Part shown: positions 18,875-29,747 of the stretch, piece after piece
Layout: each line of letters begins with the position of its first letter
Numbering within the stretch: the stretch's first letter is position 1
Source: Candidatus Babelota bacterium
GTDB lineage: Bacteria; Babelota; Babeliae; Babelales; Vermiphilaceae
Length of the DNA: 32,000 nt
Assembly (NCBI GenBank): GCA_039809905.1
Contig: JBDHVY010000001.1
Span: 210,001-242,000, forward strand
Reading direction: 5' to 3'
Translations under genes and position numbers: made by a program
Notes under the pieces: model-generated
Seen by the model: only the letters and a program-made list of their open reading frames with translations
The model's database searches: none
Told to the model about the DNA's origin: nothing

Positions 18875-19335
18875 AGTGTCAACTCTTGATTAACATCCGC
18901 AGTGGATTTTTGGCCGCCATATGTTTCATGGCCTTTTTTAACTACACGCGTTTTCATCGGAAGCTTATGCGCTGCAAGTTTTAAAATTTCTCTGGCTTTA
19001 GCCTCATCAACACCAGAAACTTCGCATACAATTCGGCCACGTTTTACTACCGCAACCCAAACTTCAGGGTTACCTTTACCTTTACCCATACGAGTTTCAG
19101 CAGGTTTTTTTGTCACGGGCTTATCAGGGAAAACTCGAAGAAATGATTCTCCAATTTTTCTCAAATGACGCGATAGCGTTACACGCATCGCTTCAATTTG
19201 CTGAGCTGTTACTCGACTTGGTTCAATAGCTTCTAAGCCATATTCACCAAAGAAAACAGTTCGGGCACCTTTTGACAAACCGTTTATTCTACCCTTTTGA
19301 ACTTTTCTAAACTTTATCTTTTTTGGCATCAACAT
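18871..19335 (-). CDS. rplP: 50S ribosomal protein L16
   Basis: [23 protein letters not shown]...[23 protein letters not shown]...[22 protein letters not shown]. Confidence 0.96.
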   Translation of the reverse strand: MLMPKKIKFRKVQKGRINGLSKGARTVFFGEYGLEAIEPSRVTAQQIEAMRVTLSRHLRKIGESFLRVFPDKPVTKKPAETRMGKGKGNPEVWVAVVKRGRIVCEVSGVDEAKAREILKLAAHKLPMKTRVVKKGHETYGGQKSTADVNQELTL

Positions 19336-19360
19336 GATTTAATCTCGTACTTTAAAAACA

Positions 19361-19999
19361 TTATCGGATATGTTGATACTCGCCTTTACATACCCATACC
19401 TGAACACCGATTACACCATATGTTGTATGTGCTTCTGCACGACCATAATCAATGTCAGCTCTTAAGGTATGAAGAGGAACAGACCCAACACGAGTCCACT
19501 CTCTACGAGCAATTTCTGCACCCTGCAATCTGCCAGAACAACAAATCTTTATGCCTTTAGCTCCTGCACGCATAACAGTTTGTGCTGCACGCTTCATAGC
19601 ACGCTTATAACTCACTCGTTGTTCAAGTTGAGTTGCTATATTTTGTGCAATCAAAACAGCATCAAGTTCTGGTTTTGCAACTTCCTGCACTGAAATTTCA
19701 ATGTTTTGCTTTTTAAGCAGAGTAGAAAGTTGATTGCGAAGAGTTTCAATTTCTTGACCCTTCTTACCAATAACGTGTCCAGGACGACCAGAATGAACAA
19801 TAATACGAATACTATCAGCAGCTTTTTCTATTTCAATACGAGACACTTCAGCTTTTTCAAGGGCAGACTTTAGAAAACGTCTAATGACAATATCTTCAAT
19901 AAGAAGCTTGCCATATTTATTACCCTGAGCAAACCAACGAGCATCCCAGCTACGATATATTCCTAAGCGAAATCCTATAGGATGTACTTTTTGTCCCAC
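19361..19999 (-). CDS. rpsC: 30S ribosomal protein S3
   Basis: MGQKVHPIGFRLGIYRSWDARWFA...VIGKKGQEIE...RAAQTVMRAGAKGIKICCSGRLQGAEIARREW. Confidence 0.97.
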   Translation of the reverse strand: MGQKVHPIGFRLGIYRSWDARWFAQGNKYGKLLIEDIVIRRFLKSALEKAEVSRIEIEKAADSIRIIVHSGRPGHVIGKKGQEIETLRNQLSTLLKKQNIEISVQEVAKPELDAVLIAQNIATQLEQRVSYKRAMKRAAQTVMRAGAKGIKICCSGRLQGAEIARREWTRVGSVPLHTLRADIDYGRAEAHTTYGVIGVQVWVCKGEYQHIR

Positions 20000-20000
20000 C

Positions 20001-20345
20001 TTAATCCTTCTCTTGTTCTAAAACAACACTTGCATGACTGGATCGCTTACGATAAGGATTTGAACGTCCCATCGCACCTGGCTTGTAATATTTCTGCGTT
20101 GGACCATGATCAATACGTATATCAACGATTTTTAAATCAGACATAGCAATATTGTGAAGATCCTTAGCATTAGCCGCTGCAGACTCAATCAATTTTTTAA
20201 TAGGCACAGATCGCTTTACCGCTACTGTGGAAAGCCATCTCACTGCCTGCTCCACATTCTTACCACGCACCACATCAGCGAAAGGGCGTAATTTGAACGG
20301 AGAAATACTGAGATATCTATTTTTTGCGCTAAATCGCATCAGCAA
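20001..20345 (-). CDS. rplV: 50S ribosomal protein L22
   Basis: RFSAKNRYLSISPFKLRPFADVVRGKNVEQA...DIRIDHGPTQKYYKPGAMGRSNPYRKRSSHASVVL. Confidence 0.94.
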   Translation of the reverse strand: MLMRFSAKNRYLSISPFKLRPFADVVRGKNVEQAVRWLSTVAVKRSVPIKKLIESAAANAKDLHNIAMSDLKIVDIRIDHGPTQKYYKPGAMGRSNPYRKRSSHASVVLEQEKD

Positions 20346-20396
20346 ACCTCAACTAGTTATTTAAGATTCACATACAAATTCATGAATCCTATTCTT

Positions 20397-20425
20397 ATTC
20401 TATCGTAAAGACACAAAAGAGACAA
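20397..20425 (-). promoter_or_regulatory. Candidate internal promoter between rpsS and rplV
   Basis: Minus strand TTGTCT (20425-20420) - 17 nt - TAGAAT (20402-20397), inside an 88-bp gap in an otherwise tightly packed cluster. Confidence 0.45.
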
Positions 20426-20433
20426 CCCTAAAA

Positions 20434-20715
20434 TTACGCAGTCATACCAGCTTTTCGCTGACCACTATGCAATCTGAATGTCCTTGTCGGAGAAAACTCT
20501 CCCAAACGGTGTCCAACCATATTTTCAGTTACGAAAACTGAAATAAATTTTTTCCCATTGTGCACGGCAAAAGTTAATCCAACAAATTCTGGTGTAATCA
20601 AGCTTCTGCGTGACCATGTTTTTATAGCCTCGCGCTTGCCACCTTCTCTAGCTTTAGCAACTTTTTGCGCTAACGAGTCTTGTACATATGGGCCTTTTTT
20701 TGCAGACCTTGGCAT
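20434..20715 (-). CDS. rpsS: 30S ribosomal protein S19
   Basis: [19 protein letters not shown]...[55 protein letters not shown]. Confidence 0.97.
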   Translation of the reverse strand: MPRSAKKGPYVQDSLAQKVAKAREGGKREAIKTWSRRSLITPEFVGLTFAVHNGKKFISVFVTENMVGHRLGEFSPTRTFRLHSGQRKAGMTA

Positions 20716-20731
20716 ATTTCACTCCGTTAAC

Positions 20732-21559
20732 TTATGGTTTTCTTCTTTTTATAATTAAGTCATTCACATTACGCACACGACGAGTACGCGTACCTTTGCA
20801 ACCCTTACCCCATGGAGATCTAGGATGAGAACCAGATTTTGAACGACCTTCACCACCACCGTGAGGATGGTCAACTGGATTCATAGCCATACCACGAACA
20901 GAAGGTCTAAAGCCTAAGTGTCTAATACGACCAGCTTTACCCCATGAAATATTTTTAAAGTCGGCATTGCCAAGTTGCCCAATAGTTGCCCAGCAACCGT
21001 CAAGCACCATACGAATTTCACCTGAAGGCATTTTAAGCGTCACAAAACCATCCGCTTTACCTACGATCTGAGCTGAAACACCCGCACTACGCGCAAACGT
21101 TCCGCCAGAACCTGGGCGAACTTCAATATTGTGAACCATAAAACCATCTGGTACATTCTTTAAAGGCATTGCATTGCCAACTTTAGCATCAGCTGACTCA
21201 CTAGCCATTACAGAATCTCCTACGGAGATTGATTCAGGCTTAAGCAAGTATTTTTTTGCGCCATTAGCATATACAACAAGCATAATACGAACGTTACGAT
21301 TTGGGTCATACTCAATTGTAGTAACCTTACCCAAAACATCACGATCGGTACGCTTGAAATCAATAATACGATATCTTTTATCAGCACCACCGCCACGATG
21401 ACGTGTAGTTATTCTTCCATAGCTATTACGCCCACCAGATCTTCTTTGTAATCCGGTAACTAAACCAGGATGTGGTTTAGTGTGTGTAATGTCACTTGTT
21501 CCTACAAATGACTGAAAACGTAATGAAGAATTTCGCGGTTTTCGTTTAATTATGGCCAT
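20732..21559 (-). CDS. rplB: 50S ribosomal protein L2
   Basis: GRNSYGRITTRHRGGGADKRYRIIDFKR...AMNPVDHPHGGGEGRSKSGSHPRSPWGKGCKGTRTRR. Confidence 0.98.
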   Translation of the reverse strand: MAIIKRKPRNSSLRFQSFVGTSDITHTKPHPGLVTGLQRRSGGRNSYGRITTRHRGGGADKRYRIIDFKRTDRDVLGKVTTIEYDPNRNVRIMLVVYANGAKKYLLKPESISVGDSVMASESADAKVGNAMPLKNVPDGFMVHNIEVRPGSGGTFARSAGVSAQIVGKADGFVTLKMPSGEIRMVLDGCWATIGQLGNADFKNISWGKAGRIRHLGFRPSVRGMAMNPVDHPHGGGEGRSKSGSHPRSPWGKGCKGTRTRRVRNVNDLIIKRRKP

Positions 21560-21597
21560 TGGAGCCTCGCATCTTTCTCATTAAAAACTTAAACGTA

Positions 21598-21909
21598 TTA
21601 TTCTCTTGACTCAGTTGGTTTTTGACCAAAAAGATCAATTGAATAACCTTCTTTAAGAGTTACAATAACACGTTTTGTTGTTGAACCTTCTACGACCACT
21701 CGGCGTGATCTTCTCGTTTTACCGACGCGATTCAAAGTATTAACTTTATCGACTTTCACATCAAACAAGCGTTGCAATGCCTCTTTAATTTGCATCTTAT
21801 TCGCTTGAGGATGTACTTTTAGCACCAGTTTTTTCAATTTCTGATTAAGCAATGTTGCTTTTTCAGAAACAACCGAGCCTTTGATTATTTCATATACATT
21901 TAAATCCAT
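21598..21909 (-). CDS. rplW: 50S ribosomal protein L23
   Basis: IIKGSVVSEKATLLNQKLKKLVLKVHPQANKMQIKEALQRLFDVKVDKVNTLNRVGKTRRSRR. Confidence 0.94.
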   Translation of the reverse strand: MDLNVYEIIKGSVVSEKATLLNQKLKKLVLKVHPQANKMQIKEALQRLFDVKVDKVNTLNRVGKTRRSRRVVVEGSTTKRVIVTLKEGYSIDLFGQKPTESRE

Positions 21910-22550
21910 TGTGAAACCATTCCTTTGAAGTGATCAAAATCTTTTTTCAAAAATAACCAGCAATCACTATTTGCTAAATCATATGCATTTGTTTGATCAA
22001 ATGATAAAGGACGCACATTTGGAATGTTTGCAAATGATAAAGCTGAATGAAAGTCATATGGAGCAACAAATAAAATTACTTTTTTATTTGCAAGACCTAC
22101 ATGATTCATCAGCTCTTGCGCTTCTGCTGTTTTTGGTTGTTCACCAGAAAGCTGCCAATCAGCACAAATTACATTTTTTTGTGCCAAATTATCAGCAAGC
22201 ATAGTCAATAAAATTTTATGCTTTACTTTCTTAGCTACTTTCAATGTACGAGTGCGCGCTTGTGGTCCAAAAATGGCACCCCCACCTTTCCATAGTGGAG
22301 ATTTAGCATCACCCGCACGTGCACGTCCTGTTCCTTTTTGCTTGTACGGCTTACGACCTGTATAAGCAACGTCGGAACGTCCTTTGCACGCAACAGTACC
22401 TTGCTGCCAATTATTTGCTAAAACACGAACCCACGTTGAAAATGAAGCTGGTGTTGCTTTTTTAAAGGCAGCAGTATCAAATTCTAATTCTTGCGCAGCA
22501 ACTGCATGTAAAAGTGTCGCAGAATTATTCATTGTTTCTTTCTTACTCAT
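21900..22550 (-). CDS. rplD: 50S ribosomal protein L4
   Basis: RSDVAYTGRKPYKQKGTGRARAGDAKSPLWKGGGAIFGPQAR; overlaps rplW by 10 nt. Confidence 0.95.
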   Translation of the reverse strand: MSKKETMNNSATLLHAVAAQELEFDTAAFKKATPASFSTWVRVLANNWQQGTVACKGRSDVAYTGRKPYKQKGTGRARAGDAKSPLWKGGGAIFGPQARTRTLKVAKKVKHKILLTMLADNLAQKNVICADWQLSGEQPKTAEAQELMNHVGLANKKVILFVAPYDFHSALSFANIPNVRPLSFDQTNAYDLANSDCWLFLKKDFDHFKGMVSQWI

Positions 22551-22557
22551 TGTTCAC

Positions 22558-23175
22558 CTACGCCTTACGCACAAAGACCAATGATCCTGCTTTACCAGGA
22601 ATTGAGCCTTTTACTAATAACGTTTTGGTTTCTGCTTCCACCATAACTATTTCTAAATTCCTCATCATTTGGTTGTCGCAACCCATGTGACCAGGAAGTT
22701 TTTTCCCTTTAATCACATGTCCACTTTTAACAAGAGAACCAATTGAACCCGGACGGTTTCCCATGGTTGAACCATGACTTCCCGGAGGACCCCCAAAATT
22801 GTGTCTTTTAACAACACCCGCGAATGATTTACCTATTGTTTTGCTACGAACATCAACTAATTCACCCAATTGTAATTGTTGTGAAAAATCAATGCGCTTA
22901 CCAACAACAAAGTCAATATTTGCGTTTTCAAGAGGAATTTCTCGAATAAAACTAAAGTAACGGTTTGGAGTTTTAATCCATTCATTACTATATTTTTCGT
23001 CTTTAAAACGATTTTTTACACTACCCACTTGAAGAGCATTGTAACCATCTCGTTCTACAGTCTTAATATTGGTGACATACCAATCTGCAATATCAATTGC
23101 AGTAACAGGCACTACTTTATCATTAGCAAATACCTGTGTCATTCCAATTTTTCGACCCCATATCCCTGTTATCAT
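22558..23175 (-). CDS. rplC: 50S ribosomal protein L3
   Basis: GIWGRKIGMTQVFANDKVVPVTAI...SFAGVVKRHNFGGPPGSHGSTMGNRPGSIG...KGKKLPGHMGCDNQMMRNLEIV. Confidence 0.97.
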   Translation of the reverse strand: MITGIWGRKIGMTQVFANDKVVPVTAIDIADWYVTNIKTVERDGYNALQVGSVKNRFKDEKYSNEWIKTPNRYFSFIREIPLENANIDFVVGKRIDFSQQLQLGELVDVRSKTIGKSFAGVVKRHNFGGPPGSHGSTMGNRPGSIGSLVKSGHVIKGKKLPGHMGCDNQMMRNLEIVMVEAETKTLLVKGSIPGKAGSLVFVRKA

Positions 23176-23184
23176 ATGATGCCC

Positions 23185-23490
23185 TTACTTAATTTCCACG
23201 TCTACGCCAGAGGAAATATTGAGCTTCATAAGAGAATCCATTGTTTTATCTGACGGAGAGATAATATCAAGAATACGCTTATGAGTTGTCAACTCAAACT
23301 GTTCTCGTGACTTTTTGTCTATATGAGGAGATCGCAATACGGTAAAACATCGTCTCTTATTAGGAAGAGGAACAGGTCCCATTAGCTGAGCACCTGTTCT
23401 TTTTGCAGTCAAAACTATTTGCTTAACTGCCTTATCTAATAAACGATGATCGTATGATTGTAACTTAAGCCGAATGCATTGTTTTTTCAT
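23185..23490 (-). CDS. rpsJ: 30S ribosomal protein S10
   Basis: [71 protein letters not shown]. Confidence 0.97.
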   Translation of the reverse strand: MKKQCIRLKLQSYDHRLLDKAVKQIVLTAKRTGAQLMGPVPLPNKRRCFTVLRSPHIDKKSREQFELTTHKRILDIISPSDKTMDSLMKLNISSGVDVEIK

Positions 23491-23503
23491 CGATCATCCA
23501 ATT

Positions 23504-24694
23504 TTAATCTAATATTTCGGTTATAACACCGGATCCAACAGTTCTTCCACCTTCGCGAATAGCAAAATGAAGATCTTTATGCATTGCTATCTTTGAAATT
23601 AATTCAACATCAAGCTCAACAGTATCACCTGGCATTACCATTTCACGGCCAGCAGGCAATGTAACAATACCAGTTACGTCAGTTGTTCTGAAATAGAACT
23701 GAGGACGGTAACCAGTTAAGAATGCGCTATGTCTTCCGCCTTCATCTTTTGACAAGATGTATGCTTTACAACGGAATTTTTTATGCGCTTTAATACTACC
23801 TGGTTTAACGATAACCATACCACGCTCAACATCTTCTTTCTTAACACCACGAAGAAGTAAACCAACGTTATCGCCAGCTAAACCTTCATTCAATAGTTTT
23901 CTAAACATTTCAACGCCGGTAACAGTTGTTTTAACTGTGTCACGAAGACCAACAATCTCAACTTCTTCACCAACTTTAACTTTACCAGCTTCAATACGAC
24001 CAGTCGCTACAGTACCACGACCAGCGATTGAGAATACACCTTCAACAGGCATAATAAATGGTTTATCAGTATCACGAGCAGGTTCTGGTATATAAGAATC
24101 AAGAGCATCAACAAGTTTTTGAATTGCTGGCTCACCCAAATCACTCGTGTCACCGTTCAAACCTTTAAGAGCTGAACCTCTGATCACTGGAATTGAATCA
24201 CCAGGGAAATCATATTTTTTAAGCAATTCACGAATTTCTTCTTCAACCATGTCAACCATCTCAACGTCATCAACCATATCAACCTTGTTAAGGAAAACAA
24301 CAAGAGCTGGAACACCAACTTCTCGTGCCAATATGATATGTTCACGTGTTTGAGGCATAGCACCATCAGCAGCAGAAACTACTAATATTGCACCATCCAT
24401 CTGAGCAGCACCAGTGATCATGTTTTTTACATAGTCAGCATGTCCTGGACAGTCAATGTGTGCATAGTGACGCTTGTCAGACTCGTATTCAACGTGTGTA
24501 GTAGAAATAGTAATACCGCGCGCTTTTTCTTCTGGTGCGTTATCAATTTCGTCATACCCACGCGCTTCAGCGTATCCTTTTTTAGCCAAATAACTGGTAA
24601 TTGCGGCAGTCAACGTTGTTTTACCATGATCAACATGGCCGATGGTACCAACATTCACATGCGGCTTTTTACGCTCAAATACACCTTTTGCCAT
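23504..24694 (-). CDS. tuf: Elongation factor Tu
   Basis: 396 aa; [78 protein letters not shown]. Confidence 0.98.
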   Translation of the reverse strand: MAKGVFERKKPHVNVGTIGHVDHGKTTLTAAITSYLAKKGYAEARGYDEIDNAPEEKARGITISTTHVEYESDKRHYAHIDCPGHADYVKNMITGAAQMDGAILVVSAADGAMPQTREHIILAREVGVPALVVFLNKVDMVDDVEMVDMVEEEIRELLKKYDFPGDSIPVIRGSALKGLNGDTSDLGEPAIQKLVDALDSYIPEPARDTDKPFIMPVEGVFSIAGRGTVATGRIEAGKVKVGEEVEIVGLRDTVKTTVTGVEMFRKLLNEGLAGDNVGLLLRGVKKEDVERGMVIVKPGSIKAHKKFRCKAYILSKDEGGRHSAFLTGYRPQFYFRTTDVTGIVTLPAGREMVMPGDTVELDVELISKIAMHKDLHFAIREGGRTVGSGVITEILD

Positions 24695-24725
24695 CGTTTA
24701 TACTCCTACGATTAACACAAAAAAA

Positions 24726-26810
24726 TTATTCTTTTTTATTCTTCGCAACTATTGCGTCTTGTACACTCTTAGGAACTTCTCTATAACATGCAAATTCCAT
24801 GTCGTAACTTGCACGTCCCTTGGTCATTGATCGAAGAGTTGTTGAATAACCAAACATCTCTCCAAGCGCAACTTCAGCAGAAATAATCTGTTGATTAAAT
24901 TCTGTTCGAGAGTCTAAAATACGACCACGTCGAGCATTAAGGTCACCGATCACATCACCAATGTTTTCTTCTGGTGTGTATACGTTTACCGTCATTATAG
25001 GCTCGAGCAGTACTGGAGAAGCTTTTGCCATAGCAGTCTTAAATGCCATGGATGCAGCAACTTTAAATGCTATTTCAGAAGAGTCAACATCATGGTATGA
25101 ACCGTCGAATAACGTTACTTTAACGTCAACAACAGGGTAACTGCCCAATATACCACCGACTAAACTTTCACGAATACCTTTTTCAACGGCAGGAATAAAT
25201 TCCCTTGGAATCGAACCACCAACAACAGCATTAACAAATTCAAATCCTTTGCCACGCTCGAGCGGTTCCATGTTTATCCATACGTGACCGAATTGACCAC
25301 GTCCGCCAGATTGACGAACAAATTTACCTTCAATATCATTCGCAACTTTTTGAATAGTTTCTCTATACGCAACTTGAAGCTTACCTTGAACAACTTCAAC
25401 TTTATGCTCCCTGCGTAAACGATCAACAATAATCTCAAGATGCAACTCACCCATACCAGAAATTTCGGTTTGGCCAGTTTCTTCATTGTAAGTAAACCTG
25501 AAGGAAGGATCCTCTTGCATCATCTTACGAAGCGCCAGAGTCATTTTTTCATAGTCAGCTTTAGCTTTTGGTTCAACAGATGTCGAAATAACAGGTGTAG
25601 GAATAGTAATAGATTCAAGGACTACAGGTACTTTATCTATCGCTAATGTATCACCCGTTTGAGCATCTTTCATACCAATAATAGCTGCTATATCACCGGC
25701 TTTTATGCTCGTGATTTCTTCACGTTTATTCGCGTGCATTTTAAGAAGACGACTAACCCGTTCTTTTTCACCAGTTCTTATGTTATACACATAGGATCCA
25801 GCTTTTAATTCACCCGAATAAACACGAACAAAGTTTAAAACACCCACAAATGGATCCGACATAATCTTGAACACAAGACCATAGAATGGACCGTTAGGAT
25901 CAGATGGGATTGGAAATTTTTCACCAGTGTCAGTATTTGTTCCTTCAATAGCAGGAACATCAAGAGGTGATGGCAAATAATCAACCACACCATCAAGCAA
26001 CAACTGAACACCTTTATTTTTAAAAGCAGAACCACAAAATACTGGTATAACTTTGAGTTCTACAACACCTTTGCGAAGAGCTGCTTTAATTTCAGGAAGA
26101 GTAATCTCTTCTTCCATTAAATATTTTTCAGCCAAAGCTTCATCCATATCGCATGCAGCAAGAACTATTTTGCCATGCAACTCTTCCATTTTTTCTTTAT
26201 ATTCATGAGGAACTTCAACCCACTCAACTATTTCTCCGTTTTCACCTTTGAAAATAGCCATTCTGCGAGTTAAAATATCAATGATAGAGGTAAAATCTTC
26301 TGACATACCCACTTGCATTTGCATCGCTACAACATTTGCTCCAAGCTTTGCTTTAATGTTTTGAATGGTACGCAAATAATCCGCACCAATACGATCAAGC
26401 TTATTAACAAAAACAATGCGAGGAACTCTGTAGCGGTTTGCTTGCTTCCATACAGTTTCTGATTGTGGCTGAACACCTTCAACACCAGAGAAAACTGCTA
26501 CTACACCATCAAGCACACGTAATGAGCGCTCAACTTCAATAGTAAAATCAATATGGCCTGGGGTATCAATAAGATTAATTTGGTGATCGCGCCAAAAAGC
26601 TGTTGTTGCAGCAGAAGTAATGGTAATACCACGTTCTTGCTCCTGCTCCATCCAATCCATTGTCGCTTCACCTTCATGCACTTCACCAATTTTGTGTGAA
26701 ACACCAGTATAAAGCAAAATGCGCTCTGAAACAGTTGTTTTACCTGCATCAATATGAGCTGCAATACCTATATTTCGATATTTCTCTAACGGATATTGTT
26801 TCGCTGACAT
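24726..26810 (-). CDS. fusA: Elongation factor G
   Basis: 694 aa; [55 protein letters not shown]-term GRASYDMEF. Confidence 0.98.
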   Translation of the reverse strand: MSAKQYPLEKYRNIGIAAHIDAGKTTVSERILLYTGVSHKIGEVHEGEATMDWMEQEQERGITITSAATTAFWRDHQINLIDTPGHIDFTIEVERSLRVLDGVVAVFSGVEGVQPQSETVWKQANRYRVPRIVFVNKLDRIGADYLRTIQNIKAKLGANVVAMQMQVGMSEDFTSIIDILTRRMAIFKGENGEIVEWVEVPHEYKEKMEELHGKIVLAACDMDEALAEKYLMEEEITLPEIKAALRKGVVELKVIPVFCGSAFKNKGVQLLLDGVVDYLPSPLDVPAIEGTNTDTGEKFPIPSDPNGPFYGLVFKIMSDPFVGVLNFVRVYSGELKAGSYVYNIRTGEKERVSRLLKMHANKREEITSIKAGDIAAIIGMKDAQTGDTLAIDKVPVVLESITIPTPVISTSVEPKAKADYEKMTLALRKMMQEDPSFRFTYNEETGQTEISGMGELHLEIIVDRLRREHKVEVVQGKLQVAYRETIQKVANDIEGKFVRQSGGRGQFGHVWINMEPLERGKGFEFVNAVVGGSIPREFIPAVEKGIRESLVGGILGSYPVVDVKVTLFDGSYHDVDSSEIAFKVAASMAFKTAMAKASPVLLEPIMTVNVYTPEENIGDVIGDLNARRGRILDSRTEFNQQIISAEVALGEMFGYSTTLRSMTKGRASYDMEFACYREVPKSVQDAIVAKNKKE

Positions 26811-26822
26811 AATGATCCTCTG

Positions 26823-27305
26823 TTACCATGCATAATGAGAGAATGCGCGATTTGCATCCGCCATACGTTGAACATCTGCTCTTTTCTTTACAGCGCCACC
26901 TTTGAGCTCACTTGCATCCAATAGTTCACGTCCAAGACGCAATCCCATTGTTTTATCAGAACGAGTTCTTGCAGAGGCAACAAGCCAACGGAATGCCAAC
27001 GCTTTTCTGCGTTTCTCACTCACTTCACGAGGGATTTGATAGGTGCTACCACCCACACGTCGAGAACGAACTTCAATGAAAGGAGCTACTTGTTCAAATG
27101 CGCGATGGAAAAGCTCAACTGCTTTTTTTTCATCGCCGTTCATTTTTTTAACAAGCACATCCATTGCTTCGTAAACAATTACCCTAGCACAATTTTTTTT
27201 GCCACACTTCATGACAACGTTGATAAGTTTTTGCAACAATGCTGATCCAAATTTTGGATCAACTCCAACCTCTCTTATAAATTCGACTTGCCTACGCCTT
27301 GGCAT
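26823..27305 (-). CDS. rpsG: 30S ribosomal protein S7
   Basis: PRRRQVEFIREVGVDPKFGSALLQKLINVVMKCGKK...VRSRRVGGSTYQIPREVSEKRRKALAFRWLVASARTRSDKTM. Confidence 0.97.
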   Translation of the reverse strand: MPRRRQVEFIREVGVDPKFGSALLQKLINVVMKCGKKNCARVIVYEAMDVLVKKMNGDEKKAVELFHRAFEQVAPFIEVRSRRVGGSTYQIPREVSEKRRKALAFRWLVASARTRSDKTMGLRLGRELLDASELKGGAVKKRADVQRMADANRAFSHYAW

Positions 27306-27316
27306 AATTCAATTCC

Positions 27317-27715
27317 TTATTTAGTAGTTGCCTTTGGACGCTTCGCTCCATAAAGAGATCGTCCTTGCCTTCTTTTATCTACGCCCGAACAATCAAGCGC
27401 GCCTCTTACAATATGATACTTAACACCAGGTAAATCCTTAACACGACCACCGCGTACAAGGACTACAGAGTGCTCTTGCAGATTGTGCCCTTCACCCGGG
27501 ATATAAGCTGTTACTTCTAGACCTGTAGTTAACTTAACACGAGCAACTTTTCGAAGCGCAGAGTTAGGTTTTTTAGGCGTCGTAGTAAAAACTCGGGTAC
27601 AAACACCTTTAGCAAAAGGCCCCTTAAGAAACAGTCCTCTTCTCAAGGCAGGACTTTTAGGTTTTACCTTAATTTTGTTCCTACCAAATCGACATAATTG
27701 ATTAATGGTTGGCAT
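27317..27715 (-). CDS. rpsL: 30S ribosomal protein S12
   Basis: [12 protein letters not shown]...[72 protein letters not shown]. Confidence 0.98.
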   Translation of the reverse strand: MPTINQLCRFGRNKIKVKPKSPALRRGLFLKGPFAKGVCTRVFTTTPKKPNSALRKVARVKLTTGLEVTAYIPGEGHNLQEHSVVLVRGGRVKDLPGVKYHIVRGALDCSGVDKRRQGRSLYGAKRPKATTK

Positions 27716-28058
27716 GTATAGAAACCCTTATGTTATCACGTTATAAAAAATAATTTATTATATAATCGCAACTTTTAATCCGACGCGCTACACCAAGCAC
27801 CTAAGTTGACTAATTGCTATTTTACCCTCTTTGTGAATTTTTTCAAGAAAATAATTAATAGCACCCATCAGAAAAAGTATGGTTTTTCAGCCTTTTTTGA
27901 CCAATGAGAACCCGAATTCAGGACCGGTAGCGCATTGAGTTTTTCTCAAGAAAGACAAGAAGCCGTGGACTTATATTCCTATTAATGATAGCTTACTTTT
28001 AGATAATTGGCAAAATAGTTTTTCTCAATAGTTAATCACATACAAAAGGATCATTCAT

Positions 28059-29201
28059 ATGATTACCGCGTATTTTACAAAATTGGCACTCATGTCACAG
28101 CAGCTTTTTTTTATTCTTCTTGGATTATTCGGCATGGGGTTTCTGGTCGGGTTTCATGAACTAGGACATTTTCTATTTGCTAAGCTTTTCAAAATTCGTG
28201 TACCTTCATTTTCTATCGGATTTGGACCTAAAATAATCAATACAAAAATAGGTGAAACTGAATTTTGCCTTTCAATACTTCCCTTTGGCGGATACGTTGA
28301 AATAGCAGGAGCTGCCGAAGTTGGCCAAGGAGATCAAAAGGAAGCTTTTGCTACAGACAAAAACTCCTTCGCGGTTAAACCATTCTATCAACAATTACTT
28401 GTTTTGCTTGGAGGCATCGTTTTTAACCTCATATTTGCATATTTTGCTATGATTATTCTTTTTATGGCAGGAATACCAAAAACGCCTATTATACCTAATG
28501 CTATCATCTCAACCATCCAATCTGGATCATCTGCAGAAAGACACGCATTTTTGACGGGAGACCGTATACTCTCAATAAATGAAGAATCGGTTGAAAACAA
28601 CATACAAAAAATACAAACAATTATCGAACCTCTTGCTCTCAAAAAAGCTACTATCGTTATTGAAAGAAATGGCGAAAAAATAACAAAAGATGTCCTTGTT
28701 GGAAGCAAAGAAACAGAAGAGATGACGATTGGCACGCTCGGCGTTGAATTCGATTTCTTACCAACTCCACCTCATTCATTTAAAGATGCAGTCATCAAGG
28801 GAATTGATATGTGTAATACATGGATCAAAAAGACCTTTGAAGGCTTTTCAACATTATTCAGCAAAAAAGGAATCGGTAAAGTTGCTGGACCAGTCATGAT
28901 TATTGCTATGACCGTCAAGGGCGCTGCCGCTGGTTGGCAGATATTTTTACTCTTGCTTGCAATTATTAGCATAAATTTGGCCGTATTAAATCTTATTCCT
29001 CTTCCGATACTTGATGGCGGACAAATATTATTTTATGGCATAGAGGCACTAATTCGTCGTCCTTTGCCGCATAAAGTTCGTGAATACATCCATGTTGCAA
29101 CCTGGATCATGTTTATTATTCTTTTTGTTTATTTGACCGCTCAAGATGTAAACAGACTCGTAAGCCCCTATATTAATAGCGTGATTGCTTATTTTAACTA
29201 A
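28059..29201 (+). CDS. rseP: RIP/M50-family site-2 zinc metalloprotease with PDZ domain
   Basis: 380 aa; active site GFHELGHFLFAKLF, FGPKI, LPFGGYVEIAG, PDZ-like segment, second motif LNLIPLPILDGGQILFYGIEAL. Confidence 0.92.
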   Translation: MITAYFTKLALMSQQLFFILLGLFGMGFLVGFHELGHFLFAKLFKIRVPSFSIGFGPKIINTKIGETEFCLSILPFGGYVEIAGAAEVGQGDQKEAFATDKNSFAVKPFYQQLLVLLGGIVFNLIFAYFAMIILFMAGIPKTPIIPNAIISTIQSGSSAERHAFLTGDRILSINEESVENNIQKIQTIIEPLALKKATIVIERNGEKITKDVLVGSKETEEMTIGTLGVEFDFLPTPPHSFKDAVIKGIDMCNTWIKKTFEGFSTLFSKKGIGKVAGPVMIIAMTVKGAAAGWQIFLLLLAIISINLAVLNLIPLPILDGGQILFYGIEALIRRPLPHKVREYIHVATWIMFIILFVYLTAQDVNRLVSPYINSVIAYFN

Positions 29202-29228
29202 AGCTCACTTTTATAATAAATTAACACA

Positions 29229-29263
29229 AAAAAAGCAGGCCCTTGAACAGGACCTGCTTTTTT
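29229..29263. terminator. Bidirectional rho-independent terminator between convergent rseP and rplM
   Basis: AAAAAAGCAGG C CCT (TGAAC) AGG A CCTGCTTTTTT; A/T tracts on both sides. Confidence 0.9.
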
Positions 29264-29288
29264 ATTGCTTATTTTTTTAAAGCGCTTT

Positions 29289-29747
29289 TTATCCGCGTGG
29301 CTCTTGAATTTCTAATTCAATAAATTGTGGATTTTGAGCCGCATGAGGATGCTCTGATCCTGCATATACTTTAAGCTTTTTAAGAATTTGTCTGCTCAAG
29401 GTATTTTTAGGAAGCATACGTTTTACCGCTAACTCAACAAGATGCGTTGGGTGCTTTTTATGTAAATCTTTAGCTGCAGTCTCTTTTTTACCACCCATCC
29501 AGCCAGTAACAGTAATATATTCTTTATCATCCCATTTATCGCCAGAAAGAATGATCTTATCAGCGTTTGTGATAACAACATAGTCGCCACAATCAGTATG
29601 AGGCGTAAAATGAGCTTTATCTTTACCACGCAATCTATCGGCAACAAAGGTAGCTAAACGTCCAAGAACTTTACCTTCAGCATCAATATGGCACCAGCCA
29701 GCTACTACATCTTCTTTACGTGGATAGAACGCTTTGTTCATATTCAT
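29289..29747 (-). CDS. rplM: 50S ribosomal protein L13
   Basis: WCHIDAEGKVLGRLATFVADRLRGKDKAHFTPHTDCGDYVVITNADKIILSGDKWDDKEY...AVKRMLPKNTLSRQILKKLKVYAGSEHPHAAQNP. Confidence 0.97.
   Translation of the reverse strand: MNMNKAFYPRKEDVVAGWCHIDAEGKVLGRLATFVADRLRGKDKAHFTPHTDCGDYVVITNADKIILSGDKWDDKEYITVTGWMGGKKETAAKDLHKKHPTHLVELAVKRMLPKNTLSRQILKKLKVYAGSEHPHAAQNPQFIELEIQEPRG

Noticed and set aside
24095-24366. Overlapping antisense and alternative-frame ORFs over tuf/fusA and many others across the ribosomal cluster (for example 23757..24095, 25440..25646, 15059..15415)
   Set aside because: They lie opposite or inside strongly recognised genes, have low-complexity or nonsensical composition, and no family motifs; typical shadow ORFs.
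27903-27950. tRNA-like look of the GC-rich patch (GGTAGCGC, GAATTC...)
   Set aside because: No consistent acceptor, T-arm (GGTTCxAxxCC) or anticodon stem can be built on either strand; not called as tRNA.
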